Shown here in pieces: positions 52,288 through 62,021 of a DNA stretch of 64,000 nucleotides. Source of the DNA: an uncultured Actinomycetes bacterium (GTDB lineage Bacteria; Actinomycetota; UBA4738; HRBIN12). The notes beneath the pieces were generated by a model. It did no database searches and was not told the DNA's origin. It saw nothing but the letters and a program-made list of their open reading frames with translations. Numbering within the stretch: position 1 is the first letter of the stretch; every line of letters begins with the position of its first letter. Location: positions 2,336,001-2,400,000 of the forward strand of contig OY969934.1 in NCBI GenBank assembly GCA_963704725.1, given 5' to 3'. The translations under genes were made by a program, and so were the position numbers.

Positions 52288-52312
52288 AACATGGTCCGGT
52301 CCCGGCGGTTCC
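52288..52312 (-). promoter_or_regulatory. ECF (SigH/SigR-like) promoter candidate
   Basis: Minus strand GGAAC-N17-GTT upstream of the membrane protein; flanked by the inverted repeat AACAGGTG/CACCTGTT. Confidence 0.4.
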
Positions 52313-52865
52313 CCACCTGTTCCGGCCCGGGACGGGAGCGCCTCACCGAGGGGGCCTCGATCACTCAGGACTGTCATCTTCGGCGAGCTGCCCTACCTTG
52401 CCACCTGCTCTTCTGCCACAAGGCCGGAAGAACTGGACAACGAGCGCGGGCGGACTGCGGGCACGGGCTTTGTCTGCCCCGCATCCGCTGACGTCTTAGA
52501 CGACAGCCGCGTGGCGAAGCGCCTCCAGGACTGGCAGGCGGTTCACACATCGTCCAGCCAGGTCTACGAGCGCAAACGCCCAGGTCACGGGCTGAGTTCG
52601 TGACTGTGTCGGCCGCGAACACGCCACTCGTGCCCCCGTGAATATCCTGTGGCAGGTCACAGCTCGGGCTCGGCGCTATCGCTTGGGTCATGCCGAAGCA
52701 TTCCTCAGATCCCATCACGTGCAGGAATGCGTGGTGAGGGAGCAGTGTCTTCACCTGCTTGGAGTGGGGACACGCCGACCTGTTCATCCCGCCTTGAATC
52801 AACCGGCGCCCATCGCCACGATCGACGTCGGCGCCGGAGACGGGTTCTAGGAGGTGCGGGCGGGC

Positions 52866-53231
52866 TCAGGCGCGGGCGAGCGGAGTCTTCCTCGACCGCC
52901 GAAGAGCCCGATCCCTGGTGAGAAGTGGCACGTCGTGAACGATGCTGGTCGCGGCGATGAGCTCGTCCGCTGGGTCCCCCCGGACATCCAGGCGGGTGCT
53001 CGTCTTGGCGATCTCGGTAGTGATCGGCCACAGGTGGATCCTCGTCAGGGTTCTCACCACCTGCCGATCGTCGAGGTCGACCTCGATCCGTCCGAGCTGA
53101 GCGAGCTTGGCGATCTCCCACAACACGATCGCGGAGATGGACCAGGGGTGGCTGCGAAGCAGCTTGCTCTCCCCGGGGGTGAGGGCTCCCGTCACCGCGT
53201 AGAGCAGGACGTGGGTGTCAAGATTCAGCAT
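52866..53231 (-). CDS. vapC: PIN-domain VapC toxin
   Basis: LDTHVLL, SAIVLWEI, DPADELIAAT, LLTRD. Confidence 0.92.
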   Translation of the reverse strand: MLNLDTHVLLYAVTGALTPGESKLLRSHPWSISAIVLWEIAKLAQLGRIEVDLDDRQVVRTLTRIHLWPITTEIAKTSTRLDVRGDPADELIAATSIVHDVPLLTRDRALRRSRKTPLARA

Positions 53232-53436
53232 GCCAGCGGACGCCGGTCGAGATGATGTCGCCCTTGATCTCGAGCTTGTCTTTGAGCGCGCCGATCAGCT
53301 CGGCGGACTCGGCCCTGATCGGGACCAGCTTGGCCACGGGTTTCCCGCGCTTCGTGATCACGATCCCCTCGTCATCGACCTCGTCGAGGATCGCCAGGCA
53401 CTGCTCCTTGAACTTCGCGGCAGGCATCTGCTTCAT
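53218..53436 (-). CDS. Phd/YefM-family antitoxin
   Basis: AAKFKEQCLAILDEV...IVITKRGKPVAKLVP; overlaps vapC. Confidence 0.92.
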   Translation of the reverse strand: MKQMPAAKFKEQCLAILDEVDDEGIVITKRGKPVAKLVPIRAESAELIGALKDKLEIKGDIISTGVRWHAES

Positions 53437-53442
53437 GGACAG

Positions 53443-53469
53443 ACCATAGCACTAGTCATCCCAGATGAC
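53443..53469 (-). promoter_or_regulatory. TA promoter (leaderless, extended -10) with a palindromic operator
   Basis: TGC-TATGGT 6 nt before the antitoxin ATG; GTCATC-CCA-GATGAC palindrome at 53455-53469. Confidence 0.6.
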
Positions 53470-53556
53470 CAGATTGCTCTTCGGATGGCTTCACCGGATG
53501 ATACGCGTTCACCACCCGGTCGTGACATCGACCGGTGCGGAGCCGGTGGTCACGCC

Positions 53557-54117
53557 CTAAGGACCGCCTCCTATGCGATAGCGCACGTGGATGACTCCGT
53601 TGCCGAAACGGTGCGTCTCGAGAAGTTCGAGATCTCGTCGTAGGGCGGCTCGGAATGCCGGCTTTCCGCCGCCGACGATCACCGGGTTGAGGAACAGGTG
53701 ACATTCGTCGACGAGATCGCCTTCGAGCGCAACCCCCGCAAGCTCGGCGCCGCCGATGAAGATGTCGTGCTCCGATTCCCGTGTGAGCTTCCGGATCGCC
53801 TCGACCTCGAAGTCCCGCTCGACATGGGTGTTGCCTGTCGTAACGTCTGTCAGCGTTCGTGAGAAGACGATCTTCTGGGCCTGCTGCCAGACCCGAGCGA
53901 ACTCGCGGCGTTCGGCTGGGTAGCCCTCCACGGGCCCGTCCCAGTACGCCATCATCTCGTAGAGACGCCGCCCGTAGAGATGGATTCCGACCGGACGCAG
54001 CAACTCGGTGATGAACTCGAACTGGACCTGATCGGGATCGGTCCAATCGAAGGCACCACGCGCGTCCTCGATGTAGCCGTCGAGCGATGTGTTGGTGATG
54101 TAGATCAACTTCGACAT
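53557..54117 (-). CDS. Dihydrofolate reductase-like (RibD_C) protein
   Basis: SLDGYI, LYGRRLYE, KIVFSRTL, GGAELA, PVIVGGGKP. Confidence 0.88.
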   Translation of the reverse strand: MSKLIYITNTSLDGYIEDARGAFDWTDPDQVQFEFITELLRPVGIHLYGRRLYEMMAYWDGPVEGYPAERREFARVWQQAQKIVFSRTLTDVTTGNTHVERDFEVEAIRKLTRESEHDIFIGGAELAGVALEGDLVDECHLFLNPVIVGGGKPAFRAALRRDLELLETHRFGNGVIHVRYRIGGGP

Positions 54118-54128
54118 ACGAGAGCCGA

Positions 54129-54608
54129 CTAGGGCGCGTCGGCCGCCCGCTGGAGCTCGGCGACATCGATCTTGCCCATCTTGAGCATCGCCTCCATGGC
54201 CCGGCGGGCACGCTCCTGGTCGGGATCTCCGAGCAGCTCGTTCAGCTGGCGCGGCACGATCTGCCACGATAGCCCGAATCGATCCTTGAGCCATCCGCAC
54301 GGGCCCGGCTCGCCTCCGTCCGCCGTGAGCGCATCCCACAGCCTGTCGACCTCAGCCTGGTCTTCGCACTCGATGACGAACGAGACCGCCTCGTTGAAGG
54401 TGAAGTCCGACCCGCCGTTCAGGCCCTGGAAGTGCTGGCCACCCAGCGTGAAGTCGACCGTCAGGACCATCCCGGCCGGCCCGCTGGGCGTGTCGGCGGG
54501 GGAGCGCCAGACCTTGTCGACGCTGCTGTCCGGCAGCAGGCTCGTGTAGAGCTTGGCCGCCTCCTCGGCCTTGCCGTCGAACCACAGGCACGGAAAGGGG
54601 TTGCGCAT
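54129..54608 (-). CDS. VOC/PhnB (3-dmu-9_3-mt) family protein
   Basis: PCLWFDGKAEEA, LNGG, CGWLKDRFGLSWQIVP. Confidence 0.9.
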   Translation of the reverse strand: MRNPFPCLWFDGKAEEAAKLYTSLLPDSSVDKVWRSPADTPSGPAGMVLTVDFTLGGQHFQGLNGGSDFTFNEAVSFVIECEDQAEVDRLWDALTADGGEPGPCGWLKDRFGLSWQIVPRQLNELLGDPDQERARRAMEAMLKMGKIDVAELQRAADAP

Positions 54609-54826
54609 CTTCTCCTCCTGTCAGAGCGCCGCCGCGGGATCACCTCATCACAGGGTAGGACGACACAGGCACACCGAACTCATCGACGACAGGAGGCTGT
54701 CGACGGTCCGTGACGCGTCACTCCCCGAGCCGCCGGGCGGTCGCCACGACCGTGTGGGCCCGACCCAGGATGACCCTCGACGGTCGGCGCGGTGGGCGCA
54801 GGAAACGGTGATCGACAAGCGAGGCG

Positions 54827-56176
54827 TCAGTCGCGATGAGCCCACGCGGGGGGCGGGTCGGGGAGCGCGAGCACGACCTCGACCGGCTGCGGGGGGTCGG
54901 GCAGCACGACGACCGCCCTGGGGACGTCCTCAGACACGGGCTCGGAGCGTACGTGTGCGGCGTCGGCCCTGCGGACGGCGCGTGACGCCAGAGGGACCGT
55001 GGCCGCGACCGTCACCACCACCGCCGAGGCGATCAGTGTCTCGCGCACGCCGATGAGCTCGGCGATGCGACCCGCCAGCACCAGGCCGATCGAGCTGAGC
55101 ACGGTGGTCACCAGCCAGTCGTACGAGGCGACCCGGGCCATCACCGCCGGCGGGATCCACGACTGGAGCACGACCTCGTAGACCGTGGCCGCGTACGTCA
55201 TCGCGATCCCGGCCGCGAGCATGGCGAGGGCGAGGACCGCGATCGGGGCTGGCACGGCGAGCAGGGCGATCCCCGGGACCGTGACCAGCGCGACGGCGAA
55301 GATGGCGCGGAGCTGTCGCCGGGCGGGGACCCGCAGGGCGACGATCCCCCCCAGCACGCTCCCCAGACCGAACGCGCTGATGACCAGCCCCCAGGAATCC
55401 GCTCCGCCGAGCGACCGGAGCGCGACCTCGGGACCGAGCACTGCCAGGGTGCCGAGGATCGCCATCAGCGAGACGCCGGAGGCGAGCATGATCATGAGCA
55501 GCCACGGTCTGACCACGAGCTCGCGGAACCCGACCCGCAGGTCGTGCAACATCCGCTGCTCGGGGTCCCGCTCGTCCGCGGGTCGCTCTCGGGTCGTGAC
55601 CAGCACCAGGAACGCCGCGCTGAGCACGAAGCTCGCCGCATCCACCGCGAGCGCCACGCCGGGGCTGATCCAGACGATCAGCAGCCCCGCGATCGCCGGT
55701 CCGACGGTGGTGGCCAGGCCCCGACTGATCGACAGCTGCGCGTTCGCCGGCTGGAGCTCCTCGGACGGGACCACCTCGGCGATCAGCCCGGTCGACGCGG
55801 GATCGAAGAACGCCGAGGCGGCCCCGTGCAGCGCCTGCAGCCCGATCAGCAACGGCAGGCCGGCGTGATCCGTGATGATCAGGGTCGCCAGGCTCGCCTG
55901 GCAGACGGCGCGCAGGAGATCCGCGGCCACCATCACCCTCGATCGGCGCAGACGATCCGCGATCACGCCCCCGAACAGCAGGAAGACGCCTCTGGCGGCG
56001 GTCTCGGCCGCGACGATGAGGCCGACGTCCCCGAGGCTGCCCCCCAACGCGAGCACCGCGAACGGGAGGGCCACGAAGGCGAAGCGGTCCCCGACCACGG
56101 AGATCGTCGCCGCGAAGTAGACCAGGCGGAAGTCGCGACGGCGGAGAGGGCCGGGCGCGTCCGAGCGCAGCTTCAC
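54827..56176 (-). CDS. MFS transporter (macrolide-efflux/H+ antiporter-like)
   Basis: GGVIADRLRRSRVMVAADLLR motif A; about 12 TM. Confidence 0.88.
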   Translation of the reverse strand: MKLRSDAPGPLRRRDFRLVYFAATISVVGDRFAFVALPFAVLALGGSLGDVGLIVAAETAARGVFLLFGGVIADRLRRSRVMVAADLLRAVCQASLATLIITDHAGLPLLIGLQALHGAASAFFDPASTGLIAEVVPSEELQPANAQLSISRGLATTVGPAIAGLLIVWISPGVALAVDAASFVLSAAFLVLVTTRERPADERDPEQRMLHDLRVGFRELVVRPWLLMIMLASGVSLMAILGTLAVLGPEVALRSLGGADSWGLVISAFGLGSVLGGIVALRVPARRQLRAIFAVALVTVPGIALLAVPAPIAVLALAMLAAGIAMTYAATVYEVVLQSWIPPAVMARVASYDWLVTTVLSSIGLVLAGRIAELIGVRETLIASAVVVTVAATVPLASRAVRRADAAHVRSEPVSEDVPRAVVVLPDPPQPVEVVLALPDPPPAWAHRD

Positions 56177-56535
56177 GCCGGCCCCACGTCGCTGCGCCAC
56201 GGCACGCCGATCACGACCGGATTGTGCCATCGACGTCGCCCGGTCTGAAGTCGTCCACCCGGGCGCCGCCGACTCGGCCGATGGCCGCGGCGACGGGGCC
56301 CCCCGCGCACCACACCAGCCCGTCGGGCGATCACCCTACTCCGGCCGCGACGAGCAGAGCGTACGTTCGAAGCTCGCCAATTCCGACTGGTGGTTCGGGC
56401 TCACCTCCCCCAGCCCGGGCCGGCCTTCGAGCCGAACGCGAGCCGCCACGGAGACCGGCTCTGACCAGCAAGTCCTGCGCGAATCGGGTCGTTCGTCCCC
56501 ACTCGCCGCCCCGGCCCCGGGCCACACTCGTCGGT

Positions 56536-56859
56536 ATGGACGTCTCGAATCTCGCTGAACAGTCGAGCGAGGGATCCCCGGCTCCGGCCGTGGCGTTCGG
56601 CGCCCTGGGCGACCCCGCGCGGCTCGCCGTCCTGCGCGCCCTCCAGGGCGGGACCACCTGCGTGTGCGAGCTCGCCCCGAGGCTCGAGATGGCCCCGAAC
56701 CTCCTCTCCTACCACCTGCGGATCCTGCGGGAGGCCGGGCTCGTCGAGGGATCCCGGCGCGGCCGGCGGATCGAGTACCGGGTCCGTCCCGTGGCGCTGC
56801 GGGAGCTTGCGGTCGAGCTCGTGCGGCTCGCCGTGGGCGGTGACGACCACGAGCGCTGA
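56536..56859 (+). CDS. ArsR/SmtB family regulator
   Basis: ALGDPARL, TCVCEL, LSYHLRILREAGLV. Confidence 0.88.
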   Translation: MDVSNLAEQSSEGSPAPAVAFGALGDPARLAVLRALQGGTTCVCELAPRLEMAPNLLSYHLRILREAGLVEGSRRGRRIEYRVRPVALRELAVELVRLAVGGDDHER

Positions 56860-57901
56860 GGTCTCGACCCGGGCACGCCCAACACGCGAGGGATCGCGCG
56901 CGTGGATGCCGGTGGCCGTCGCGGCCCTGGTGTGGCTCTCGCTCTACCGGGCGAACGGGCCGTTCTGGAGCTGGCTCCTGTTCCGAACGATCGGCCTCGA
57001 CCAGCAGAGCCGGCTCGGGGAGACGATCCGGTTCTTCGTCTTCGACACCGCGAAGATCCTGCTGCTGCTGTCCGGGATCATCTTCGTCGTCACGGTCCTG
57101 CGCTCCTTCCTCAGCGTCGAGCGGACCCGCCGCCTCCTCGGCGGACGCCGTGAGGGCATCGCCAACGTCGCGGCCGCGATGCTCGGGGTCGCGACCCCGT
57201 TCTGCTCGTGCAGCGCGGTGCCCGCGTTCATCGGATTCGTCTCGGCCGGCGTGCCGCTCGGCGTGACGCTCTCGTTCCTGATCGCGAGCCCCCTCGTGAA
57301 CGAGGTCGCCGTCGTGCTCCTGTTCGGGATGTTCGGGTGGCGGATCGCGCTCCTGTACGTCTCGGCCGGGCTCGTGATCGCGATCGCGGCAGGGTTCGTG
57401 CTCGGCAGGCTCGGGCTCGAGAGGTGGGTCGAGCCGTTCGTCTACGAGGTGCCCGCCGGCGCGGCGCCCGGTGACCCTCGCCTCGGGTGGGGCGACCGGT
57501 TCGCGCTCGGCACGGAGGAGATGGGCAGGATCGTTCGCAAGGTCCTGCCGTACCTCCTCGTCGGTATCGCCATCGGAGCCGTGGTCCACGGCTGGGTCCC
57601 GGAGAGCTTCTTCGCTCGCTACGCGGGCCCCGGCAACCCGCTCGCGGTCCCGTTCGCGGTCGTGCTCGGGATCCCCCTGTACTCCAACGCGGCCGGCGTG
57701 CTGCCGCTCATCGAGGCGCTGTACGCGAAGGGATTGGGGATGGGAACCCTGCTCGCCTTCATGATGGCCGTGGTCGCGCTCTCGCTCCCCGAGATGGTCC
57801 TGCTCCGGCGCGTCCTCAAACCCAAGCTGATCGCCGCGTTCATCGGCGTCGTGGGCGCGGGGATCCTGCTCGTCGGCTACCTGTTCAACGCGGTCCTGTG
57901 A
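56840..57901 (+). CDS. ArsP/DUF318 family permease
   Basis: TPFCSCSAVP, SPLVNE, GIPLYSN, ALSLPE. Confidence 0.9.
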   Translation: MTTTSAEVSTRARPTREGSRAWMPVAVAALVWLSLYRANGPFWSWLLFRTIGLDQQSRLGETIRFFVFDTAKILLLLSGIIFVVTVLRSFLSVERTRRLLGGRREGIANVAAAMLGVATPFCSCSAVPAFIGFVSAGVPLGVTLSFLIASPLVNEVAVVLLFGMFGWRIALLYVSAGLVIAIAAGFVLGRLGLERWVEPFVYEVPAGAAPGDPRLGWGDRFALGTEEMGRIVRKVLPYLLVGIAIGAVVHGWVPESFFARYAGPGNPLAVPFAVVLGIPLYSNAAGVLPLIEALYAKGLGMGTLLAFMMAVVALSLPEMVLLRRVLKPKLIAAFIGVVGAGILLVGYLFNAVL

Positions 57902-57914
57902 AGGAGGAAACGAC

Positions 57915-58160
57915 ATGTCCGTTCATATCGAGATCCTCGGCCCCGGGTGCGTCCGGTGCCGGACCCTGTACGAGAACGCGAAGGCCGCCGTGGACGAGCT
58001 CGGCATCGACGCCCGCGTCGAGAAGATCGACGACGTCGCCGTGATGGCCATGCGGGGCATCATGGAGAGCCCGGCGCTCATGGTGAACGGCAAGCTCGTG
58101 CTGGCCGGCCACCTGGCGACCCCTCACCGGATCGGCGAGATCATCTCCGCGTCGATCTAG
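57915..58160 (+). CDS. Small thioredoxin-like protein (MTH895/TM0996 type)
   Basis: ILGPGCVRC...GIMESPALMVNG. Confidence 0.88.
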   Translation: MSVHIEILGPGCVRCRTLYENAKAAVDELGIDARVEKIDDVAVMAMRGIMESPALMVNGKLVLAGHLATPHRIGEIISASI

Positions 58161-58183
58161 CGATCGCGCCGGAGCTCGGGTCC

Positions 58184-58342
58184 CTAATCCTTCAGCTCGG
58201 CGAGCGCTCGCCCCACGAGCGCGAGCGCGCGGCCCTGCTCTGCGAGCCGTTCCTGGAGCCACTCGCGGTGGAGCTCGAGGAGGCGGCGGACGGTCTCGGG
58301 GTCCCCGGCTCCGAGGACGGCCCGGACCCCCTCGGGCGGCAT
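58184..58342 (-). CDS. Possible small coiled-coil protein resembling a MerR C-terminal half
   Basis: MPPEGVRAVL...LLELHREWLQERLAEQGRAL; no HTH. Confidence 0.35.
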   Translation of the reverse strand: MPPEGVRAVLGAGDPETVRRLLELHREWLQERLAEQGRALALVGRALAELKD

Positions 58343-58394
58343 CGCGCACGCGCGGAGCGTCCGGGCCGCCCACGCGAGCGAGCCGACCCCGAGC

Positions 58395-59282
58395 TCAGGG
58401 GCGGTCGGAGAACGTTCCGAGGTGACCAAGCTTCTCCGGGTTGCTGACGGCACGCAGCGTCTGCACCTGCTCGTCGGCGATGTCGAGCGTGACGGCGGCC
58501 ACGGGCCGCCCCTCGCGGTCGTAGAAGATCGCTCCGGGCTGACCGTTGAGCGTGACCGAGCGCATGCCGGTCACCCCGGCCCGCCCCCCTCGTGCCGCGG
58601 GTCCCTGGAGGAGCCGGACCACGCGGTCGCGCCCGTGGACGGGGCGCGGGAAGGCCGTGCCCTTGCCACCGCCGTCGCCGTACGCGACGACGTCCGCGGC
58701 GAGCAGGCCGACGAGGCCCTCGACGTCTCCCAGCAGGACGGCCTCGAAGAAGCGACGGGCCAGCTCCTCCCGCCGTGCCCGGGAGGCCTCGAAGCGCGGC
58801 TTCTTGGCCTCGATCTGGCGCCGGGCACGGACGGCGATCTGACGGCAGTTGTCCTCGCTCTTGCCGACGACGGCGGCGATCTCCTCGTAGCCGTACTCGA
58901 AGACCTCCCGCAGGAGGAAGACCGCCCGCTCGACCGGGCTCAGGCTCTCGAGCAGCACGAGGAACGCCATCGACAGCGAATCGGCCGTCTCGGCGTGCCC
59001 GGCGACGTCGGACTCGGGATCCGTGACGATCGGCTCGGGTAGCCAGGTCCCGACGTAGCTCTCCCTGCGCACACGCGCCGAGCGCAGGTGGTCGATGGAC
59101 AGCCGGGTGGTGACCGCCGACAGGAACGCCTTCGGCGAGTCGATGGCCGTCCCCTTGACGCCCTCGCGGTGCAGGCGCAGGAAGGCCTCCTGCACGATGT
59201 CCTCGGCCTCGCTCGCGCTGCCGAGCATCCGGTAGGCGATCGAGAACATCAGCGGCCGGAGCTCGTCGAACAGGTCGCTCAC
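58395..59282 (-). CDS. sigJ: ECF41/SigJ-type sigma factor with a SnoaL-like C-terminal extension
   Basis: AYRMLGS, YVGTWLPEP, DGGGK, NPEKL. Confidence 0.9.
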   Translation of the reverse strand: MSDLFDELRPLMFSIAYRMLGSASEAEDIVQEAFLRLHREGVKGTAIDSPKAFLSAVTTRLSIDHLRSARVRRESYVGTWLPEPIVTDPESDVAGHAETADSLSMAFLVLLESLSPVERAVFLLREVFEYGYEEIAAVVGKSEDNCRQIAVRARRQIEAKKPRFEASRARREELARRFFEAVLLGDVEGLVGLLAADVVAYGDGGGKGTAFPRPVHGRDRVVRLLQGPAARGGRAGVTGMRSVTLNGQPGAIFYDREGRPVAAVTLDIADEQVQTLRAVSNPEKLGHLGTFSDRP

Positions 59283-59323
59283 CCGCACCTCCCGCGTCGA
59301 CCGGATCTCCATCGTCCCAGTGA

Positions 59324-59350
59324 GACGAGACAGCCGGTCGATCTGTGACA
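59324..59350 (-). promoter_or_regulatory. ECF41-type promoter driving sigJ
   Basis: Minus strand TGTCACA-N16-CGTC. Confidence 0.7.
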
Positions 59351-59374
59351 GCTCGTCCCGGCAACCATCACGAG

Positions 59375-59400
59375 TGTCACACCGCCCGGACCGAACCGTC
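59375..59400 (+). promoter_or_regulatory. ECF41-type promoter driving the small membrane protein
   Basis: TGTCACA-N15-CGTC. Confidence 0.7.
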
Positions 59401-59435
59401 TCCTGTCCCGGACCGTGCGCGAGGAGGCGAGATCG

Positions 59436-59636
59436 ATGGAGAACCTGGACGTGTCCCGGACGTCGGCGGCGGGCCGCCGAGACGGGCCGAGCCTGGTGTG
59501 GCGGATCTTGCTGGTCGCCGCGGGTGCGGGGCTGGCCGTGATCGGGTGGACGTTGGTGATGACGGCGATCCTGTCGTTCATCGGGCTCCCCCTGTTCCTG
59601 TTCGGGGTGGCCCTGATGCAGAGTCAGGAGGGCTGA
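59436..59636 (+). CDS. Small two-TM membrane protein (66 aa)
   Basis: GAGGAGG RBS; WRILLVAAGAGLAVIGWTLVMTAILSFIGLPLFLFGVALM. Confidence 0.75.
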   Translation: MENLDVSRTSAAGRRDGPSLVWRILLVAAGAGLAVIGWTLVMTAILSFIGLPLFLFGVALMQSQEG

Positions 59637-59676
59637 GGCCGGCCGGAGGGTGCTCCGTCGCCGGGGGAGCCCGAGG

Positions 59677-60414
59677 TCACTCGGCCTCGGGGGTACCTCG
59701 CATGACGTCGCGGCGGGGCGGCTCCAATCTGACACAGCACTCACCGGGGACGGGGTCGAGCACGACGTCGATCGTGTCGTTCCCCAACCCGCGAACGATC
59801 CCCTCGATCAGGCGCTCGTTCATCCCGCACACGACGTCCCGAGCCTCGTTCGCGAGCGCGTCAAACGGACAGCTCCGCAGGCGCAGGCATCCACGCTCGT
59901 CGGGATAGGGTTCGAAGCCGGCCTGCTCGAGCACCGTGCCGGTCACCGTCATCGCCCGCTCCGCTCCCGGTGGGGCGATGCCGCGTCGCCGCCGCTCGGC
60001 GCGGCCGATCTCCAATCCTGCCTCCCTCGCGGCCCGGCTCGCGGCGTCTTCGCCCGTCTCGCCGGGGCCTTGCGTCCGGAGGGCCCGGAGCAACACGGAG
60101 CCCAACAGGTCGTATCGACGCTCCGGGATCGTCACGTCGATCTGGCGAGGCGACGGCTCGTAGTACTTCGCGGTGCGGCCGGCGCCACGCCCACCTCGGC
60201 CCGGTGGCCGGGCATACGAGGCGACGAGGAGTCCCCGATCGACGAGCTTGTCGAGATGGAACGCCGCCAGCTTCCGTGAGATGCCCGCCGCGGCCGCGGC
60301 CTCGTCGCGGGAGACCGGTCTGCCCTGAGCGCGGACGAACACGTACAAGGTGCGGCGCAGCTCGTCCTCCAGCGCTCCCAGCGCCTCCGCGTCTCGTTCC
60401 AGCCCGTTGAGCAC
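59677..60414 (-). CDS. HTH metalloregulator (COG2345/SufR-like, Cys-rich C-terminus)
   Basis: SRDEAA...LAAFHLDKLV..GLL, GRTAKYY, RSCPF, VCGMN, ECC; GTG start 7 nt after TAGGAT. Confidence 0.82.
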   Translation of the reverse strand: MLNGLERDAEALGALEDELRRTLYVFVRAQGRPVSRDEAAAAAGISRKLAAFHLDKLVDRGLLVASYARPPGRGGRGAGRTAKYYEPSPRQIDVTIPERRYDLLGSVLLRALRTQGPGETGEDAASRAAREAGLEIGRAERRRRGIAPPGAERAMTVTGTVLEQAGFEPYPDERGCLRLRSCPFDALANEARDVVCGMNERLIEGIVRGLGNDTIDVVLDPVPGECCVRLEPPRRDVMRGTPEAE

Positions 60415-60582
60415 CGGACGCATCCTACACCAGAATTCCTTGGACATAGGTGGATTACCAGACTCGAATCTGGGAAAAGGCCAACCATGATTCGCATTGT
60501 TCCGTTGACGCGGCCGCACGAGACGTGATACATCCAACTCCGTAACGCCAGCAAGGGCTGGTGTTAGAGGAAGGAGGAGTCC

Positions 60583-61269
60583 ATGACTCCGAGCGGATGG
60601 CTCCGGCGACGAGGGATCACCACCGCGGTGGCGATCGCGACGGTCGCCGTGCTGGGACTCGGGACCGCGTCGTTCGCGGCCACGAGCGGGACGTCCACGA
60701 CGGGCGGCATGCCCGGCCGGACGGCCCATCTTTCGAAGCGGGTGTTCCACGACGGGATGCGGACGCTGTGGGAGCAGCACGTGGCCTGGACCCGCCTGTT
60801 CATCGTGAGCTTCGCGGCCGACGGGCCGGACCTGCAGGCGACGACGGACCGGCTGCTGCAGAACCAGGCGGACATCGGGAACGCCGTGAAGCCCTTCTAC
60901 GGGCGTGTGGCCGCCGATCAGCTCACCGCACTGCTGAGGCAGCACATCCTCACGGCCGCCGATCTGCTGGCCGCCGCGAAGGCCGGTGACACGACGGCAT
61001 TCGAGCAGGCACGGGCCGACTGGTACGAGAACGCCAGACAGATCGCCCGCTTCCTGCACGACGCGAACCCCGACCACTGGCGGCTCGCCGACCTCCGAAG
61101 CATGATGAAGGACCACCTCGATCTCACGCTGCAGGAGGCCTCCGACCAGCTCGGCGGCGAGTACGTCGCGAGCGTCGCGGACTACGACGCCGTCGAGACC
61201 GAGATCCTGGCGATGGCCGACATGCTCTCGTCCGGCATCGTCGCGCAGTTCCCCCAGGCGTTCGCCTGA
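60583..61269 (+). CDS. Secreted helical protein with repeated His motifs
   Basis: Signal peptide; LWEQHVAWTR, LLRQHI, MMKDHL; AAGGAGG RBS. Confidence 0.75.
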   Translation: MTPSGWLRRRGITTAVAIATVAVLGLGTASFAATSGTSTTGGMPGRTAHLSKRVFHDGMRTLWEQHVAWTRLFIVSFAADGPDLQATTDRLLQNQADIGNAVKPFYGRVAADQLTALLRQHILTAADLLAAAKAGDTTAFEQARADWYENARQIARFLHDANPDHWRLADLRSMMKDHLDLTLQEASDQLGGEYVASVADYDAVETEILAMADMLSSGIVAQFPQAFA

Positions 61270-61346
61270 GGACCGACGCCGGGACCCGGCGGTCGTCGCT
61301 GCCGCCGGGTCTCCCGGCCGAGAACGGAGGCTTCCATGGATCAACG

Positions 61347-62021
61347 GTGGTCGACGTGATCGAGTCATCCCACCTCCAGGTCGATCCCGAGGACGACGTC
61401 GGCTGGGAGCTGGTCCGTCCTCGGCGTGTCACGCTCGAGCAATGGGATCGATACCAGGGATACGTGGGCGAGATCCTGGAGGCGTTCGGGATGGACCCGG
61501 AGACGCCGGGCACGAGGCGTACGCCGGAGCGCTTCCTGAAGGCCCTGCTCGATTCGACGGACGGCTACGAGGGCGACCCGAAGCTGCTCACCGCGTTCCC
61601 CACCGAATGCCGGGGCGGCCCCGATTGCCGGATCAGCCAGATCATCGAGGGGCCGATCTCGTTCTTCGCCCTGTGCGAACACCACGCACTCCCGTTCCAC
61701 GGCGTGGCGCACGTGGGCTACGTGGCTCACGAGAACATCATCGGCATCTCGAAGCTGACGAGGCTGGTTCGGGTGTTCGCCCGGCGCTTCACCGTGCAGG
61801 AGCGCATCGGCCGGCAGGTCGCCGACACGCTCGTCGAGCTCATGCAACCCCACGGCGTGGCGGTCCACCTCGAGGCCGTCCACCTGTGCACACAGATGCG
61901 GGGCGTCCGCGAAGAGGGATCGAGCACGCTGACGTCGTTCTGGCGCGGCACCTACGAGCAGGACGCCGAGCTCCGTCGGTCGTTCATGCAGGCCGTGACC
62001 CGGTCCAGGGCGAACCCGTGA
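61347..62021 (+). CDS. folE: GTP cyclohydrolase I
   Basis: TPERF, LCEHHALPF, GISKLTR, VQER, HLCTQMRG. Confidence 0.92.
   Translation: MVDVIESSHLQVDPEDDVGWELVRPRRVTLEQWDRYQGYVGEILEAFGMDPETPGTRRTPERFLKALLDSTDGYEGDPKLLTAFPTECRGGPDCRISQIIEGPISFFALCEHHALPFHGVAHVGYVAHENIIGISKLTRLVRVFARRFTVQERIGRQVADTLVELMQPHGVAVHLEAVHLCTQMRGVREEGSSTLTSFWRGTYEQDAELRRSFMQAVTRSRANP

Noticed and set aside
52330-52850. ORFs in the gap between the membrane protein and vapC
   Set aside because: No recognisable motif, RBS or host-like codon pattern; probably decayed sequence
56536-58160. ArsR-ArsP-thioredoxin module as a novel system
   Set aside because: A widespread, already recognised arsenic/metalloid-associated gene trio
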